A DNA stretch of 64,000 nt from Saccostrea cucullata (taxonomy: Eukaryota): NCBI RefSeq assembly GCF_032062105.1, contig NW_026932360.1, positions 434,001 through 498,000 of the forward strand. The letters run 5' to 3'. Below, one piece after another: positions 39,945-52,236 of the stretch. Position 1 is the stretch's first letter; each line of letters begins with the position of its first letter. A program made the translations under genes and the position numbers. A model generated the notes under the pieces. The model was not told the DNA's origin, did not search any database, and worked only from the letters and a program-made list of their open reading frames with translations.

Positions 39945-40456
39945 CTTGCTTGTGGCAGTTGCTGCTGCATGGTCTTTCACTGGATTGTTTGTGACCATAA
40001 TCACTATATATTTGTTCTGAACCAGTGACCAGGCACCCTCCACTTTACAAGTCTGGAAATCATCCCTGAACGTCCTCAAATGGGGATCACCAAATAATCC
40101 ACAGTGTTCATATTTTATTGGAGTGTTGGGATTTTTGCTTCGAAAAGTACATGTGCATATTGAATTTGGAAAACATGGATCCACAAGAGGGCCATTCACA
40201 ACAGTGGTTACGTTAAAAGTATCACCGTAATCCTTACACTTTAAATTTTTCATGTTGTGTATGACACCTCCCTTGGTCATGTGGTAGTGCAGATTAGTTT
40301 TGCAGTTCACCTCTTCTGTGATTAGACACACCAAGTAAGTCCTATGGGCTACACACAGGGGTTCTTCTCCATTGTGTGGTTTTATCAAACCTCCATGTGC
40401 AGCTCTTTGAGCAGTCCTCCAGCGTTCATGACACAATTGCATGCCACATCCATTAC
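39945..40456 (-). CDS. RGM: RGM exon: N-terminal Cys-rich domain and start of vWD-like domain with GDPH autocleavage motif
   Basis: Acceptor ttattgaag|gt (phase 1) and donor aag|gtacat. Translation includes HCGLFGDPHLRTFRDDFQTCKVEGAWSLVQNKY...ATATSK, diagnostic of the RGM family. Confidence 0.95.
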
Positions 40457-40797
40457 CTTCAATAAATCATCAAAAACATGTTTATTTCCTTTTATTTCAA
40501 TGACAGAATATAAGCAATCATTAGGGATGCATTTCTGATAACTAATGTTGACATTATCCTAACAACCAATATTAAACACTTAGATAAAAAAAAAAACAGT
40601 GAAATAAAATGTAAATATCTTCAATCTGAATACTCATTTAGTAAATAATCAAATATATTTATCTTACTACGACTTTTCTAAATTTACGAATATTTCAACG
40701 TACAACTTCATCATGGAAAAACACTCCTTTCTCGAGAAATATAGGTCCCATAACGGAATGTAAAATATCGCTTGAATTTTTAAAAATATGTACTCAC

Positions 40798-40946
40798 TTG
40801 TATCGATTAAGTATACCAATATGAAAATAACCACCAAGCTCAAAATAGGGGGCATAGGTGGATAGGACAGCGAGGCCATACCCTCCTTCCATTCGTACGT
40901 GACGGAGGGAACTCGGCCAGCCGAGGAACGTTCACTCCGATACTCT
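40798..40946 (-). CDS. RGM: RGM exon encoding signal peptide (internal ATG at 40879: MASLSYPPMPPILSLVVIFILVYLIDT)
   Basis: Acceptor ttcttctttcacag| before 40946. The frame is open to the ATG at 40879, followed by a hydrophobic signal peptide and the donor |gtgagt at 40797 (phase 1). If 40879 is the start codon, the coding part is 40798-40879. Confidence 0.8.
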
Positions 40947-41149
40947 CTGTGAAAGAAGAAACTCCATCAGTTCAACGCTAGTTTAGTTTCACATGATCAA
41001 AACCCTATGTCAAGTGAAGGTATAAACATATTCCATTAATAAATTTATATTTCCTTCATTATTGAATTCACACACGTGTTAATTTATCACTAATTTGAGG
41101 CACATTCTTCAACATGACTTCTCTGTTAGATCCCAAGTATTGATATGCT

Positions 41150-41250
41150 CGCGAATTATTCCGCCGAAATAGGTCAGGGGGCGGGGCGTTAAAAAGGTCT
41201 GTCAATCAATGTAAACTTTTTATGAAAGAGGTACAATCCCATTGGTTTAA
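41150..41250 (-). promoter_or_regulatory. Putative proximal promoter/enhancer of RGM (GC box + CCAAT)
   Basis: GGGGCGGGGC Sp/KLF box at ~41178-41187 and CCAAT (plus-strand attgg) at ~41241, 200-300 nt upstream of the signal-peptide exon, in otherwise very AT-rich DNA. Confidence 0.4.
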
Positions 41251-44200
41251 ACTGTGTTGCTTATGAATAAACTTTTTACCGTGTAGATTATAAACATAGC
41301 GTTCAACACATTCACTTTGCCATTTCTAAGATTCTCAAATAAAACAGTATAAGAAAAATATTTCAATAATAAATAAATTATGATAAAAGATTTTTTTTTA
41401 AAATTTATTTGAAATCTTAAGTATCATAATTTTTATGGAGCTAGGTACTGATCATGTATTCATTAATTTTATACTTAGTTTATGAAATCTTGCAAACAAA
41501 ACATTTTATAAAAATGATAATTTGTTGATAATAATATTAGAACTTACAGATACTTTTATCATTCTTTTTTATCTGATAGTTCTTACTAATATAGATTAAA
41601 TTGTGTTTAAATTACATCTTAATTTGTTTATTGTGAATTACTTACTAAAAAGAAGTGGGGTCAACATAGAAACTATAAAACTATAGAACCAATAAATCCG
41701 CGTCTCGATTGGAATCAAATTTTTGCAGAAAAGTATTTTGTGCCATAACTTGATTGTCGATTTCTTATCTAAGTTACAAAAGTATTGGAAGGGAAATAAC
41801 TCCTAAAACTCACCCGGCCTGCTTTTTAACTTTCAACATTCATTAACCTATTATCGATTAACTCATGCTGAGATATTAATTGAGCTTAATTAATTTCTGC
41901 GTATATCGGTCAGTTAATGATTGACTCACGCAGTGATAATTATTACGCTTATTTATTAATAAATATTAACAGAGTATCAATTAAACTACAACCCAAGAGG
42001 AAAAAACTACACCAGAAATGATTTTCCAACGATACTCCATCAATTTATTTCAAATAAAACATATTATACTCCTTATTATAGTGCAAATGTATCAAAATTT
42101 TAATATAAAGATATCCTGATACCTTGCAACGGAAAAATGCACCAATCTAATTCTACTATTGTTGTAATTATTATTTTACTAATTACTCAACACCTCTGAA
42201 AAGCATGGCTGTAGAATGTCAAACATGCCACTAAAATATCATTTTGAATATGATGACGTTGACATATCTCGTCAATTTATTAAAAAGAAAAATGTCAGGA
42301 CAGAAAGGGGAATGATTGATTTAAGCTTGGAATCATGGGTGCCCCAGTGAAAATAACTTTAAAAAAAAAAGATACTGTTTTGATCCGCTCCCTTTACATA
42401 AAACATTTTTTTATGCAGGATTCAAGTAAACTCCTACTGTACGCTAGAATAATATTTTCGGAACCATCACATGATACGGATATATATCTAGTTGATGTAT
42501 ATCATCAAAAAGGAGCCATAAATGAGTTTATAACTTTTTATTTCAGTTATCACGCATTTAGGAATGTAGCGATGCCTTTATACACGATACAAATGTTTCC
42601 CTCAACACGCCTAAAATGTAAGCCTCTTTTGAAACATCTGTTGAACACTTTACTATGCTAATGATGCTTTCAAAGAGGTTCAGATTCCACCAAGCTACGC
42701 TCTTCCGAAACTAGCAGATTTCTTCTGCAGACATGCCGAACTGCTCTCCAGCAAAAAAATGGCCAACCGATATCGTGCCTTTCCGCTTTTTATCGAGATC
42801 AAACTTCCAAGTAAAAACTAATTGGAAATCTGTACTTTACCATCCCGGCCACAGATGCCAGTGATGAGTATCAACTGAAACATTATTTTGGCAATAATTC
42901 TTGTCTTGTGCTTTGAATATGTAGAATTTATTTGATTAACTCTTACGCCAATTTTAATTGATCGATGGCACCCTTCATTTATATATATCATTTGTTATAT
43001 AATACTTTTTTCTACGACGTCCGCGTTTAATGTTCCAAGACGTCCGCGCTGTATATCAGAAAAATCAAGCGGAATAAACATTTATCCATAAGACTATAAA
43101 TTCTTCATGAACAAATTCAACACAACAAAACAAAATTGATAAAAATCGGAGAGATAAACAATATAAAGTATATGAAAATCACATAGAGTCAGACTTGACA
43201 TTCACACTGAATTATAGGAATTTAATATTTTTCAAATGTCGGATTAGAGTCACGTGTTTGCTTGTCAGACCTTTTTTAGTATGTAACATCGTAATCCTTT
43301 TCTGTGTACGGGTGAAGAGGCTAGCTTCTATTCAACGAAATCCAAATGTTTAAGCTGATAATTTTGAGTTTCTTTCGCGCTAGTGGATAAGAAGAATAGT
43401 ACATGTAAATCCTCTTGCGCCAATCTCTATCAAATATTACTTCAAGTTGGAAAATAACAACGGTATACAATTCAGTTTTAAGACGTAAGGATTACTATTC
43501 TTACAAATGCAAAAGGCTTACAATAATTTTTCACACCTTTAGCGATAACATTCAATATAAAGTGAAAACATTAGCAGCACACTCAGACCTTTATCAGGCG
43601 GTATTGTAATAAACTGTAGCCCTATCTGACACAATTACCACAAACAAAAATAAACAAGCTTCTGATTTTTGCAGAAAAGTTGAAAATACTTAAAAAGCCG
43701 CCTACCTGAATCTCTTTGGCTGTCTCAGAATGACAAACATGTGTTCAACTGTTCATTGCAACTTGCAACAAAACAGTAAAACATTTTATTTCTCACAATT
43801 TATTTTCTCTGGAATGATTCACCCAAAGTAACATATCTGAATCTTTTGCCCAGCTTTTCTTCAGCTGTTTTCTTCATTATATGCATGATTCTCAAAAGAG
43901 AAAAAAATCATATCCATTTGACATACACAATAACACGTCAAAAATTCAATGTTTTTGACGAATCACAAAGTGAACAGATTTTTGCCACCGTCGAATTTCG
44001 CACCATTTGCTTTAGTCATAATATAGTTATAATTTTCTCGGCAGGTGCGCGGAATTTAATATATAACTTCACCAAATATTTTATAATGCTGCCATTGTGT
44101 TCAATTCGGCTTATACTTGAAGTGCTGTAGAAATAAAATTCTTTAAAGCGCAACCACGTGCAAATAACCTCCCTCCAGTTTACTCAATAGCCTCTCTCAC

Positions 44201-46931
44201 TCTTTCTCCCTAATAGAGCTTGTAAGGAAAAAAGGAAAATCCTGTCATTTAAGGTGTAAAGCCTCCATTCGGGGGGATATTGTCAATGCACAAATAATTT
44301 CCAGACCAAATATATAAATTCACTAACAATACCCTTGTCGTTACAAGTGGCAATATAAATGGAAATATTCCGTGCCGTATCAAAGACAAGGGGCTCACAC
44401 CTTTTTATTTACTCAGTGATTCACAAAATCTCGACAATGTTTCCATTTTATTTGCAAAGGCTGAGAAAGTAAAAGTATTTGAGTTCAGGATTAAATGAAA
44501 CACAAGAAATTACCCCTCATATTTCTGTCAAGGAGGTCTAAGAAATCCTTGTCAAATAGTAACGGCAAAACTTTTTTTTTGTTTTTAAATCAAGATTTGA
44601 AAAGGGATTGTTGTTGGATTGCCAATACCTTGATTGTACTCGTTTTGAAAATATATATACCATGAGATCGAAAGAACTTGTAAGATATGCCTATATAAAA
44701 AGTAAACTACTAATCCAGATTAAACATCCATTGTTTCTTTATCATCTCTGCTGCGATGTCTCCCGAATCCAACAGAAAGTTAAAAACATCATTAAACTTT
44801 TATGAATTCGGTTATTTATTTCATACATTGCTACTTTATATTTACATGTATTTTGCTAATTAAATCCATGTATCAAGCGATTATAATTACGCAAGCAACG
44901 AAAATACTTTACTTTTAATTTACATTTTTAAATGGGTTGGTATGATGTTTTGACATATACATGTAATTACTTGTTTACTTTAAAAGCTTTATACATTGTA
45001 ACTTTTGTACATTGTTACTTAATGCATTTTTACTTGAATACATCTTTACTTTTATAAAATGTTGCGTTTAAATACTTTTTTCTTGTATGCATCGTTAATA
45101 AACTTTTATATATTTTTACTTTTATCTAATCATTACTTCATTATCCCCCTGTAAAGCAATTGGGGGGACCATGATAGTGTGATAGTGTGTGTTTGTTGGT
45201 GTGTTATGTCCTGTGCGAAACGGAAGTGACGTAATTTGCATTGAAATCTATGACGTCTGCAGCCTTGATTTTTAGGTATGCTCTTTGCGAGAAAGTGCTA
45301 GCCTTTCGGTGCCATTGTATACATTTACGTTTAATCATCAATACTTTTATACTTCAAAGGTCCAAAAGTTAATGCAAGTAAATTTTACACTGCTGAAGTG
45401 ACATGTTATTTTTTTCCCTTTTTTTCCGTATGCTGCGGATAAAGCTGTCTCCGATCGCAGTTTTCACTGATTTCCCCGCCCTCAACCCCCACCCCCAAAT
45501 ACCGATATGATGGTTACCATAGAAAACATAGCTATCAAATGCTTGTGACCCCTTAATAAAAACATGTAATGACCTTTTTTTTGGCTCGTCAAGAAATTTT
45601 TGATAGTTGATAGTGCCCCAACTGAAAATATAAGGCTGTCCCCCCCCCCCCGGATTAAAATTCTTTCCTACGGACCTGTTCCTATATATGTAATATACAC
45701 CGTTCAGTGCAGACATTCAGGACAAGATTCCCATAAAACCAAAGCCAGAAAAATACCTCAGTCCTTAATTTTAAAATGAAACACGTTTAATTCTCAATGT
45801 ATCCATGGAAACGACTAGCTCCTTTGGCAGTAAATGGACCATTGGTTTAAGTTGAAAATAAGAGGATGTAAATTCAACATTAAAATAGCAGAAGAGCCAA
45901 CTGAAATTCACATAGGAAACACAAATCGAGTGTTAACATTTAATCTTTTAAAAAATGCATTTTGCTGTCCAGTTGTCATTGGTTGGCGACAACCATTCTT
46001 GTAGCAATGTATCCATGAAATCGGATTTCACTACAGACGAGCCAATTTCTACAAAACATTATATATAGAATGTATTCCGACGTCTCGCACTATATACTGA
46101 ATCTCGGAAAGTAACTCTTAATTCCAGTACTGTTTTTTGTATAAAAAGTAATGATGATTTTGTACTTAGTTATACTTTGATTTAGTACAAAAAATTAAGA
46201 AGAGAAGATCCTGTCAAAACAACAATAGACATGAAATTTAAAAGAACATTCGACTCAGAAAGACGATCTGTTACAATGCTCCAATGACAAGCCCCTCTAA
46301 GTATGACTACGGATAGCAGAAAGGAAAGCTTTAGCAATATTCCAGAAACTATTTAATCATCCTCTTGTGTGAGAACTACAAGATAGATAAAGAATTATGT
46401 AGGATCATATAAAGAAAACATTATTTTAGAGTCACATGTTAGAGGCACATTTGAAACAAATTCTTGAGCGTACTAGCTGTCACATAGTGTGCATTCACTT
46501 AACTGCACCATTAAAAGAATTAAACCAAAGAAAAATAAATTTTATAGTATTTTTTATCTAAAAGTTGGAGCCCATTCCTTATAAGAGTTTATAAACCAGC
46601 AGAGGTTTCACAATGTTCTTGATTAAAGCTATCTATAGTTAGTATTCAGCAACCTCAAATTCTGGTCCTTGATTGACAATAACTTAAATCTTTTTTAAGT
46701 AAATCTTATGAATGAAAGCCAAATGGTTTGTGAGTCAGGATCAACGAGAAATCTTACAAATCGACAGACTCGATAATTTTGTAATATGACTTCTTAGGAA
46801 CTTATAAAGTCTTTAGTTTTTACTTACATTTAGATTTCTGCAATTAGTATGTCCTCGAAAAAAAAAACCAACATTACGTATCAAAACAAATTAGTTTTCT
46901 ACAAAACTGTAATGTACAATAAACCTCTTAC

Positions 46932-46963
46932 CTGCAACTCGAAGAAGGCTCATCACGTGACAT
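46932..46963 (-). CDS. RGM: RGM putative distal first coding exon (MSRDEPSSSC + phase-2 AG)
   Basis: Minus strand reads gaagATGtcacgtgatgagccttcttcgagttgcag|gtaaga: ATG with a purine at -3, 10 codons + 2 nt, and a consensus donor. Phase 2 matches the acceptor upstream of 40946 (AG+A=Arg), keeping the RGM frame open. Confidence 0.6.
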
Positions 46964-47224
46964 CTTCCACAAATAACCCCAAAGACACAGTTGCTTTTAT
47001 ATGCTTTGTTTTAAAAGTATACACGGTATTTGTGCATTGAAGATTTAAAAACGACGAAATGAGGCAAATTCCAGTCGTTAAAACGATCCCGAATTTCATC
47101 TGGTGAAGTATTTGAATCTGAATTTAATTTCACCCAGGTGCACACACTTTTTTTTCTGGATCCTAGCGCAGTGATGCCTTGATTCTTGTTTTCTTCCACA
47201 AAAGTACTATTTTTTGCACAAACA

Positions 47225-47420
47225 GCCAGACTGTGATTAAATTCTCGACAAAGATATCCACCTTATAATATTGTAATCTACCGACAGTTTCATTTCAAAT
47301 GAATTAGTGAGAACGACATTTTGTCACGCAATCGCTACAACATAAAGATGGCCAAAACAAGAAATTACTAAGCCCGCAGTGTAACGCAATACGCCGCCAT
47401 CCCCTGTTTATTTTGGTTGA
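47225..47420 (-). promoter_or_regulatory. Putative distal core promoter of RGM
   Basis: Minus-strand TATA-like TATAAG at ~47262-47267, about 30 nt upstream of Inr-like TCACAGTC (~47236). YY1-like AAGATGGC and CGCCAT motifs at ~47345-47400. Lies ~270 nt upstream of the distal ATG. Confidence 0.45.
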
Positions 47421-47734
47421 ACTGGAAATAAAAGCAGAGAGTCTGTCATCATTTTGATTATATGATACTGTTATTGAAGACTGGATGAATAACTACATCT
47501 TAATTAATGTGTGCTGGATTTGTTTATGACTTGATATTTTTTCCTTGACGGAAAAAGAAGCTGCATTTCAGTAATGCAATACATGCAAGTGCTATAACCT
47601 CGACATAAAAAAATCGTAGGATGGTAAATTATAATCGAAGAAATTAACGAACAAACAATTGCCAAATATGAAACCATTACGGATTTTTTAAATGTTGCAT
47701 TTGAACTGTTAATATATAGAACTTTAAGAAATGA

Positions 47735-49540
47735 TGACTTTAATTGAAACTGCTGATATTCTTGTTTCATCAACTTGTTTGTTGATAATTTACCTCGTTT
47801 TAGATATTGTTCATACGTAGATCATGTTCTTGCGTATCGAATCAACTGCATATGAGATATATAAATTCCGTATGCAGGTGATGAATGTGTAGAAGTAAGG
47901 GAAGCTGACGATAGAAAAGTTAAAGTCATCACGTTTATCACAGAGCTTCTTTTTCAAGTAAAATATCCAAATATGAAACAGGTGTGTCAGATTCTGTGGT
48001 TTCTTTTATCTCAAGCTCACAAGAATGTATCGTATCGACATAAGAAAGTAAATTACCATTGTTAATTGACAGTACGTCGTCGGTATATCTAAATGTCGAA
48101 TTGAAGGCCACAGCAAGTGTTTTTTTCTTTTCACACATAAGATTTTGGACAAATTCTGCTTCATATGAATATAAAAATAGGTCTGCTATAACGGGGCGCA
48201 ATTGGTTCCCATGGGAATTCCAATAGATTGTCGGAAGACCTGGTCTCCAAAAACAACAAAGATATTGTCTATATCAGTTTCTCAAGCATCTTTTTGATGT
48301 CAAATTCAGAGTATATATGCTTTTGTGTACAATAAGAATGTTTTTTAACAAAATAATTTTGCAAATGACCAATGACAAGGTAAGTAAATTTACGAGTTCC
48401 ATATTATTGAAAAAAAAGAAGCTATCAATGATATAAAAAAGCCAATCAGAAACTTAAGCATCTTTTTGATGTCAACTTCAGAGTAGTTCAATCAGAATGT
48501 ATTTTAACAAAATAATTTTGCAGATGACCAATGACAAGGTCAGTGAATTTACGACTTCAATTTTTATTGAAAAAGCAGCTGTCAATAATATCAAAACGTC
48601 TGGACTTTAATTTATCGTGGGGAATGGTTGTGTATAAAGTTGAAAAGTCGTAAGTTTTTAAGCTGTTCATTTTGGTAAAATCTTGTGATTTCAAATTGTC
48701 TAAAAGTTCCTTGGAATTTTCAAGTATCCACATCTTATTTACACCACTTCTTGAATATATTGTTGCACAGTACTCTTGCAGTTTCTCATTCACTACTGTT
48801 GATATCTTAGTGAAGAGTAAAGAGGGAGGCTTGGTTGAACATTTACTGGAACCCGCTTTGTATCTTTGTAAGGATTTTTATGAAGTTTCGGAATCCAATA
48901 CATGTATATATTTGGTTCTTTGGGAAATTAAAAATATTCAAAACTGACATATAATTTTGAAGAATTTCTTCCTTAGAAAGGGAACTATGAGTATAAGCTG
49001 GATTACCACTTGTAGAATTAAATCCAAGTTCTTCTAAAATACAATTTTTATACTAGTAATGAGATTTACAAACGAAGACAATGTTGTTCCTGCTTTGTCA
49101 GTAGAGACCAGTATGTACTGATCATGTCATATATCTAAATTTTTTTCCCATCTGGATTATTGAATACAGAAGGATAAATGGCTTTTATACTGCCCCTCAG
49201 TTTTTAATAATTTTAACATGGATCGTATATGCTAAATCCATTCTTTTTTCATATCTGGCCCATCGCCTGGAGTAATCTTCAACAGAATCCATAACATTTA
49301 TGAAATTCCGATGCCAATTGAAGGATCGAGGTTCCCTATATTTAGGACCTATTAAAATAAATGATCTAAGGTCCTCGTTATTATAACTATATTTACGTCA
49401 CCTGTAATAACATGTCCAGTAGGACTACTCATATATTTATAGCATGAAGAAGAACGTGAACTCGATGGAGAATTATGTTTCAGATACTCGATATCCAGGC
49501 CATGTAAAATAAAGTTTTTTTGCAATTAAAAAAGTTTTGA
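47735..49540 (-). mobile_element. Penelope-like retroelement, decayed RT region
   Basis: Broken frames encode KGPKYREPRSFNW-like, YWIPKLHK-like, EKLQEYCATIYSRSGVNKMWIL..SKELL, TYDFSTLYTTIPH, GIPMG.NCAPVIADLFLYSYEAEF, FRYTDDVLSINN and thumb-region peptides. Many stops and frameshifts. Confidence 0.85.
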
Positions 49541-50426
49541 AGCAATATGTAGAGGCAAAATGACAAGGAAAAAAGATAAAATTTTCAATAGATCAATGCT
49601 TTGCTCTTTTTGATCATTTTGAAAAATAGAAACCCGTCTTAACACCAGAACTCCTGACACTGGGGTCACACAGTTCACGATTTAGGCGGACGATACTCTT
49701 GCTTATTTCAAAATTGCACAGAGTTTGATGTTCAGGAGTAAGGAATATTTTTAGAGTCAATTTATTTTCCATATACATGTACTATCAATGAAGCACTACT
49801 CTAACACCAGAACCCATATGGTATAGAGACCATGAATTTGACAATTTTGGAAGAAGCACCCTGCTCATTGGAACCATGTACTCAGTCTATCTTCTAGACG
49901 TCAAAGAGAAAAGATATAATGGTTGAAGAAAACGAAAATATGAGATATCTCATTATGAAAATTTGAATAAGAGCAATGACTTTACAAATGTTATGAAAGA
50001 TGTCAGAGACCCAGCTATAAGCTGTATTATTTTTGCAAACAAGACCATTATACTTCCCAAGGGATCATAATTTCATTTTGGAGAATGTAGTTTGGTTAAA
50101 ATTGACCAAGTCAGAAATTACGAAGAAAGACTTTAAGCAGGGTTGTAACTTATTTGTAACTTCAACGTATTTTTCAGTTCCGGTTTTAAAATTCATTGTA
50201 TTCAGAGCATGCTCTTGCTTAACGAAGCAGTTGAAAGACATAAACGCCATAAGCAATATTTGGACATTGGTAATATACCCAGTATAAAGAAAGCTGGAAA
50301 AGTTGAAGTCATCCCGTTTGTTTTAATGTTTTAGGCATTACCTAGCATTTATTTTATGGTCAGTAAAACATTTAAATATTGAATAGATATGACAGACTGT
50401 AGTGTCCTTTATATCGATTTCCCTGA

Positions 50427-50744
50427 GGCCACACCAATTTAATTTCTTGTTCGTCGGATATTTGATGGAAAAAAGTACGAGCGGGCAAGCGGTTAAATAA
50501 TAATATTATTACTTTTTTGAAGGTAAAATTTTTAGGCGGAGCGTGAAAAAAATTGAGCGGACAATTATATTTTATCTGATTTGCAGAGTTAGTAGATTAA
50601 ACAAACGATTAATAGAGCGGAAATGGAACAGAAAATAGCCCATGATTTTTATGGTGCGGGAAATTTAAATTAATATTATTTGTATAGTTTTGTTTAAATA
50701 CGAGCGGGCGGGTCCGACAAACAAGAAAATTTATTGGTGTGGCC
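50427..50744. mobile_element. PIF/Harbinger-like MITE
   Basis: TIRs ggccacaccaatttaatttcttgttcgtcgga and tccgacaaacaagaaaatttattggtgtggcc; 3-bp TSD TGA. Confidence 0.8.
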
Positions 50745-51386
50745 TGAGATATATCTAATCTACCAGGTGGAAAAAAAGATTTTCAAAGAATTAATGCATA
50801 TTTTCGCTATTTGATCAATTGAGCAAAACCCAAACACCAAAACCCCTGACACAATGCCTTTAATTTCATATTTTATGAAAGGACCCCTTGCTTATTATAA
50901 CCATGCTCTGAGATTGCCTGCTTAGCATTTAGAAAGAAGGGGGAAAATATAATAGACCCCAGAGAGACAAAGTCCATTAAATCCAACATCCCTTTACTTA
51001 TATTCTTACATACCAAAATTGGTAAAAATTGATTCAGTAGTGGAGAAAACCCTGCTAATGTTAAATAGTTTACGACCGATGGTCAACTGACGACGGACGG
51101 ACTTCAATGCATGGACCTAACGAATAGGACTCAGGTGGCTCAGATGACCAAAAATCTTCTTAAGAAGAGGGGTGTCCAGGAAGAGGAGAGGACATTTCCT
51201 CTAGCCAAGAAAAACTTTTAGGCAAGCAAAATAGCCAAAAGCTGTTATACACGATTACATACTCATGTTCGATATGAAAAATTTTAAAGTATACTACATG
51301 TAGTCTATAGGGGAGCGCACTCAGATGGATAGGAGGTGAGATACGATAAACTCAAAATAAAGATTTTTTTTTTAGTTTTTGGTTCC

Positions 51387-51448
<62 letters not shown>

Positions 51449-51479
51449 TGTCGTTGTCGTAGTCGTTGTCGTCGTCGTT

Positions 51480-51515
<36 letters not shown>

Positions 51516-51556
51516 AAGAACCACGGGGCCAAATTCAACCAAACTTGCTACAAAGT

Positions 51557-51625
<69 letters not shown>

Positions 51626-52236
51626 ATGAATTAGAGAAAAATTAATGGCATTTAAAAAAAATCTTCTTCTCAAGAACCACTGGGCCAGGAAAGCTGAAAC
51701 TCATGTGGAATCATCCTCAGGTAGTGTAGAATCAAGTTTGTTCAAATCATGACCCCCGGGGCTATGGTGGGGCCAAAATGGCCGACCCAATTTTTACATA
51801 GTAAGATATAGGAAAAATCTTCTAAAATCTTCTTCTCAGGAACCACTGGGCCAGGAAAGATGAAACTCATGTTGAATCATCCTCAGGTAGTGTAGATTAA
51901 AATTTGTTCAAATCATGACCCCCGGGGCTAGGGTGGGGCCAAAATGGCCGACCCAATTTTTACATAGGAATATATAGGAAAAATCTTCTAAAATCTTCTT
52001 CTCAGGAACCACCGGGCCAGGAAAGATGAAACTCATGTGGAATCATCCTCAGGTAGTGTAGATTCAAGTTTGTTCAAATTTGGGGCCAAAATGGCCGACC
52101 CAATTTTTACATAGGAATATATAGGAAAAATCTTTAAAAATCTTCTTCTTAAGAACCACTAGGCCAGGAAAGATGAAACTCATGTTGAATCATCCTCAGG
52201 TAGTTTAGATTCAAGTTTGTTCAAATCATGACCCCA
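51387..52236 (+). mobile_element. Helentron-associated non-autonomous element (HINE) carrying ~166-bp tandem repeats (Cg170/BIV160-like)
   Basis: Starts ttttagctcacctgagccgaaggctcaagtgagc, followed by a (GTC/GTT)n microsatellite. Repeat unit atcttcttctca.gaaccac recurs at 51661, 51827, 51993 and 52140. Confidence 0.85.

Noticed and set aside
41070-41115. Alternative RGM first coding exon (MLKNVPQISDKLT…)
   Set aside because: Weak donor and wrong phase for the main acceptor. The 46932-46963 exon fits far better.
42855-42882. Hammerhead-like gtgatgag...gaaac
   Set aside because: The core is not CUGANGA and there is no stem II or flanking stems.
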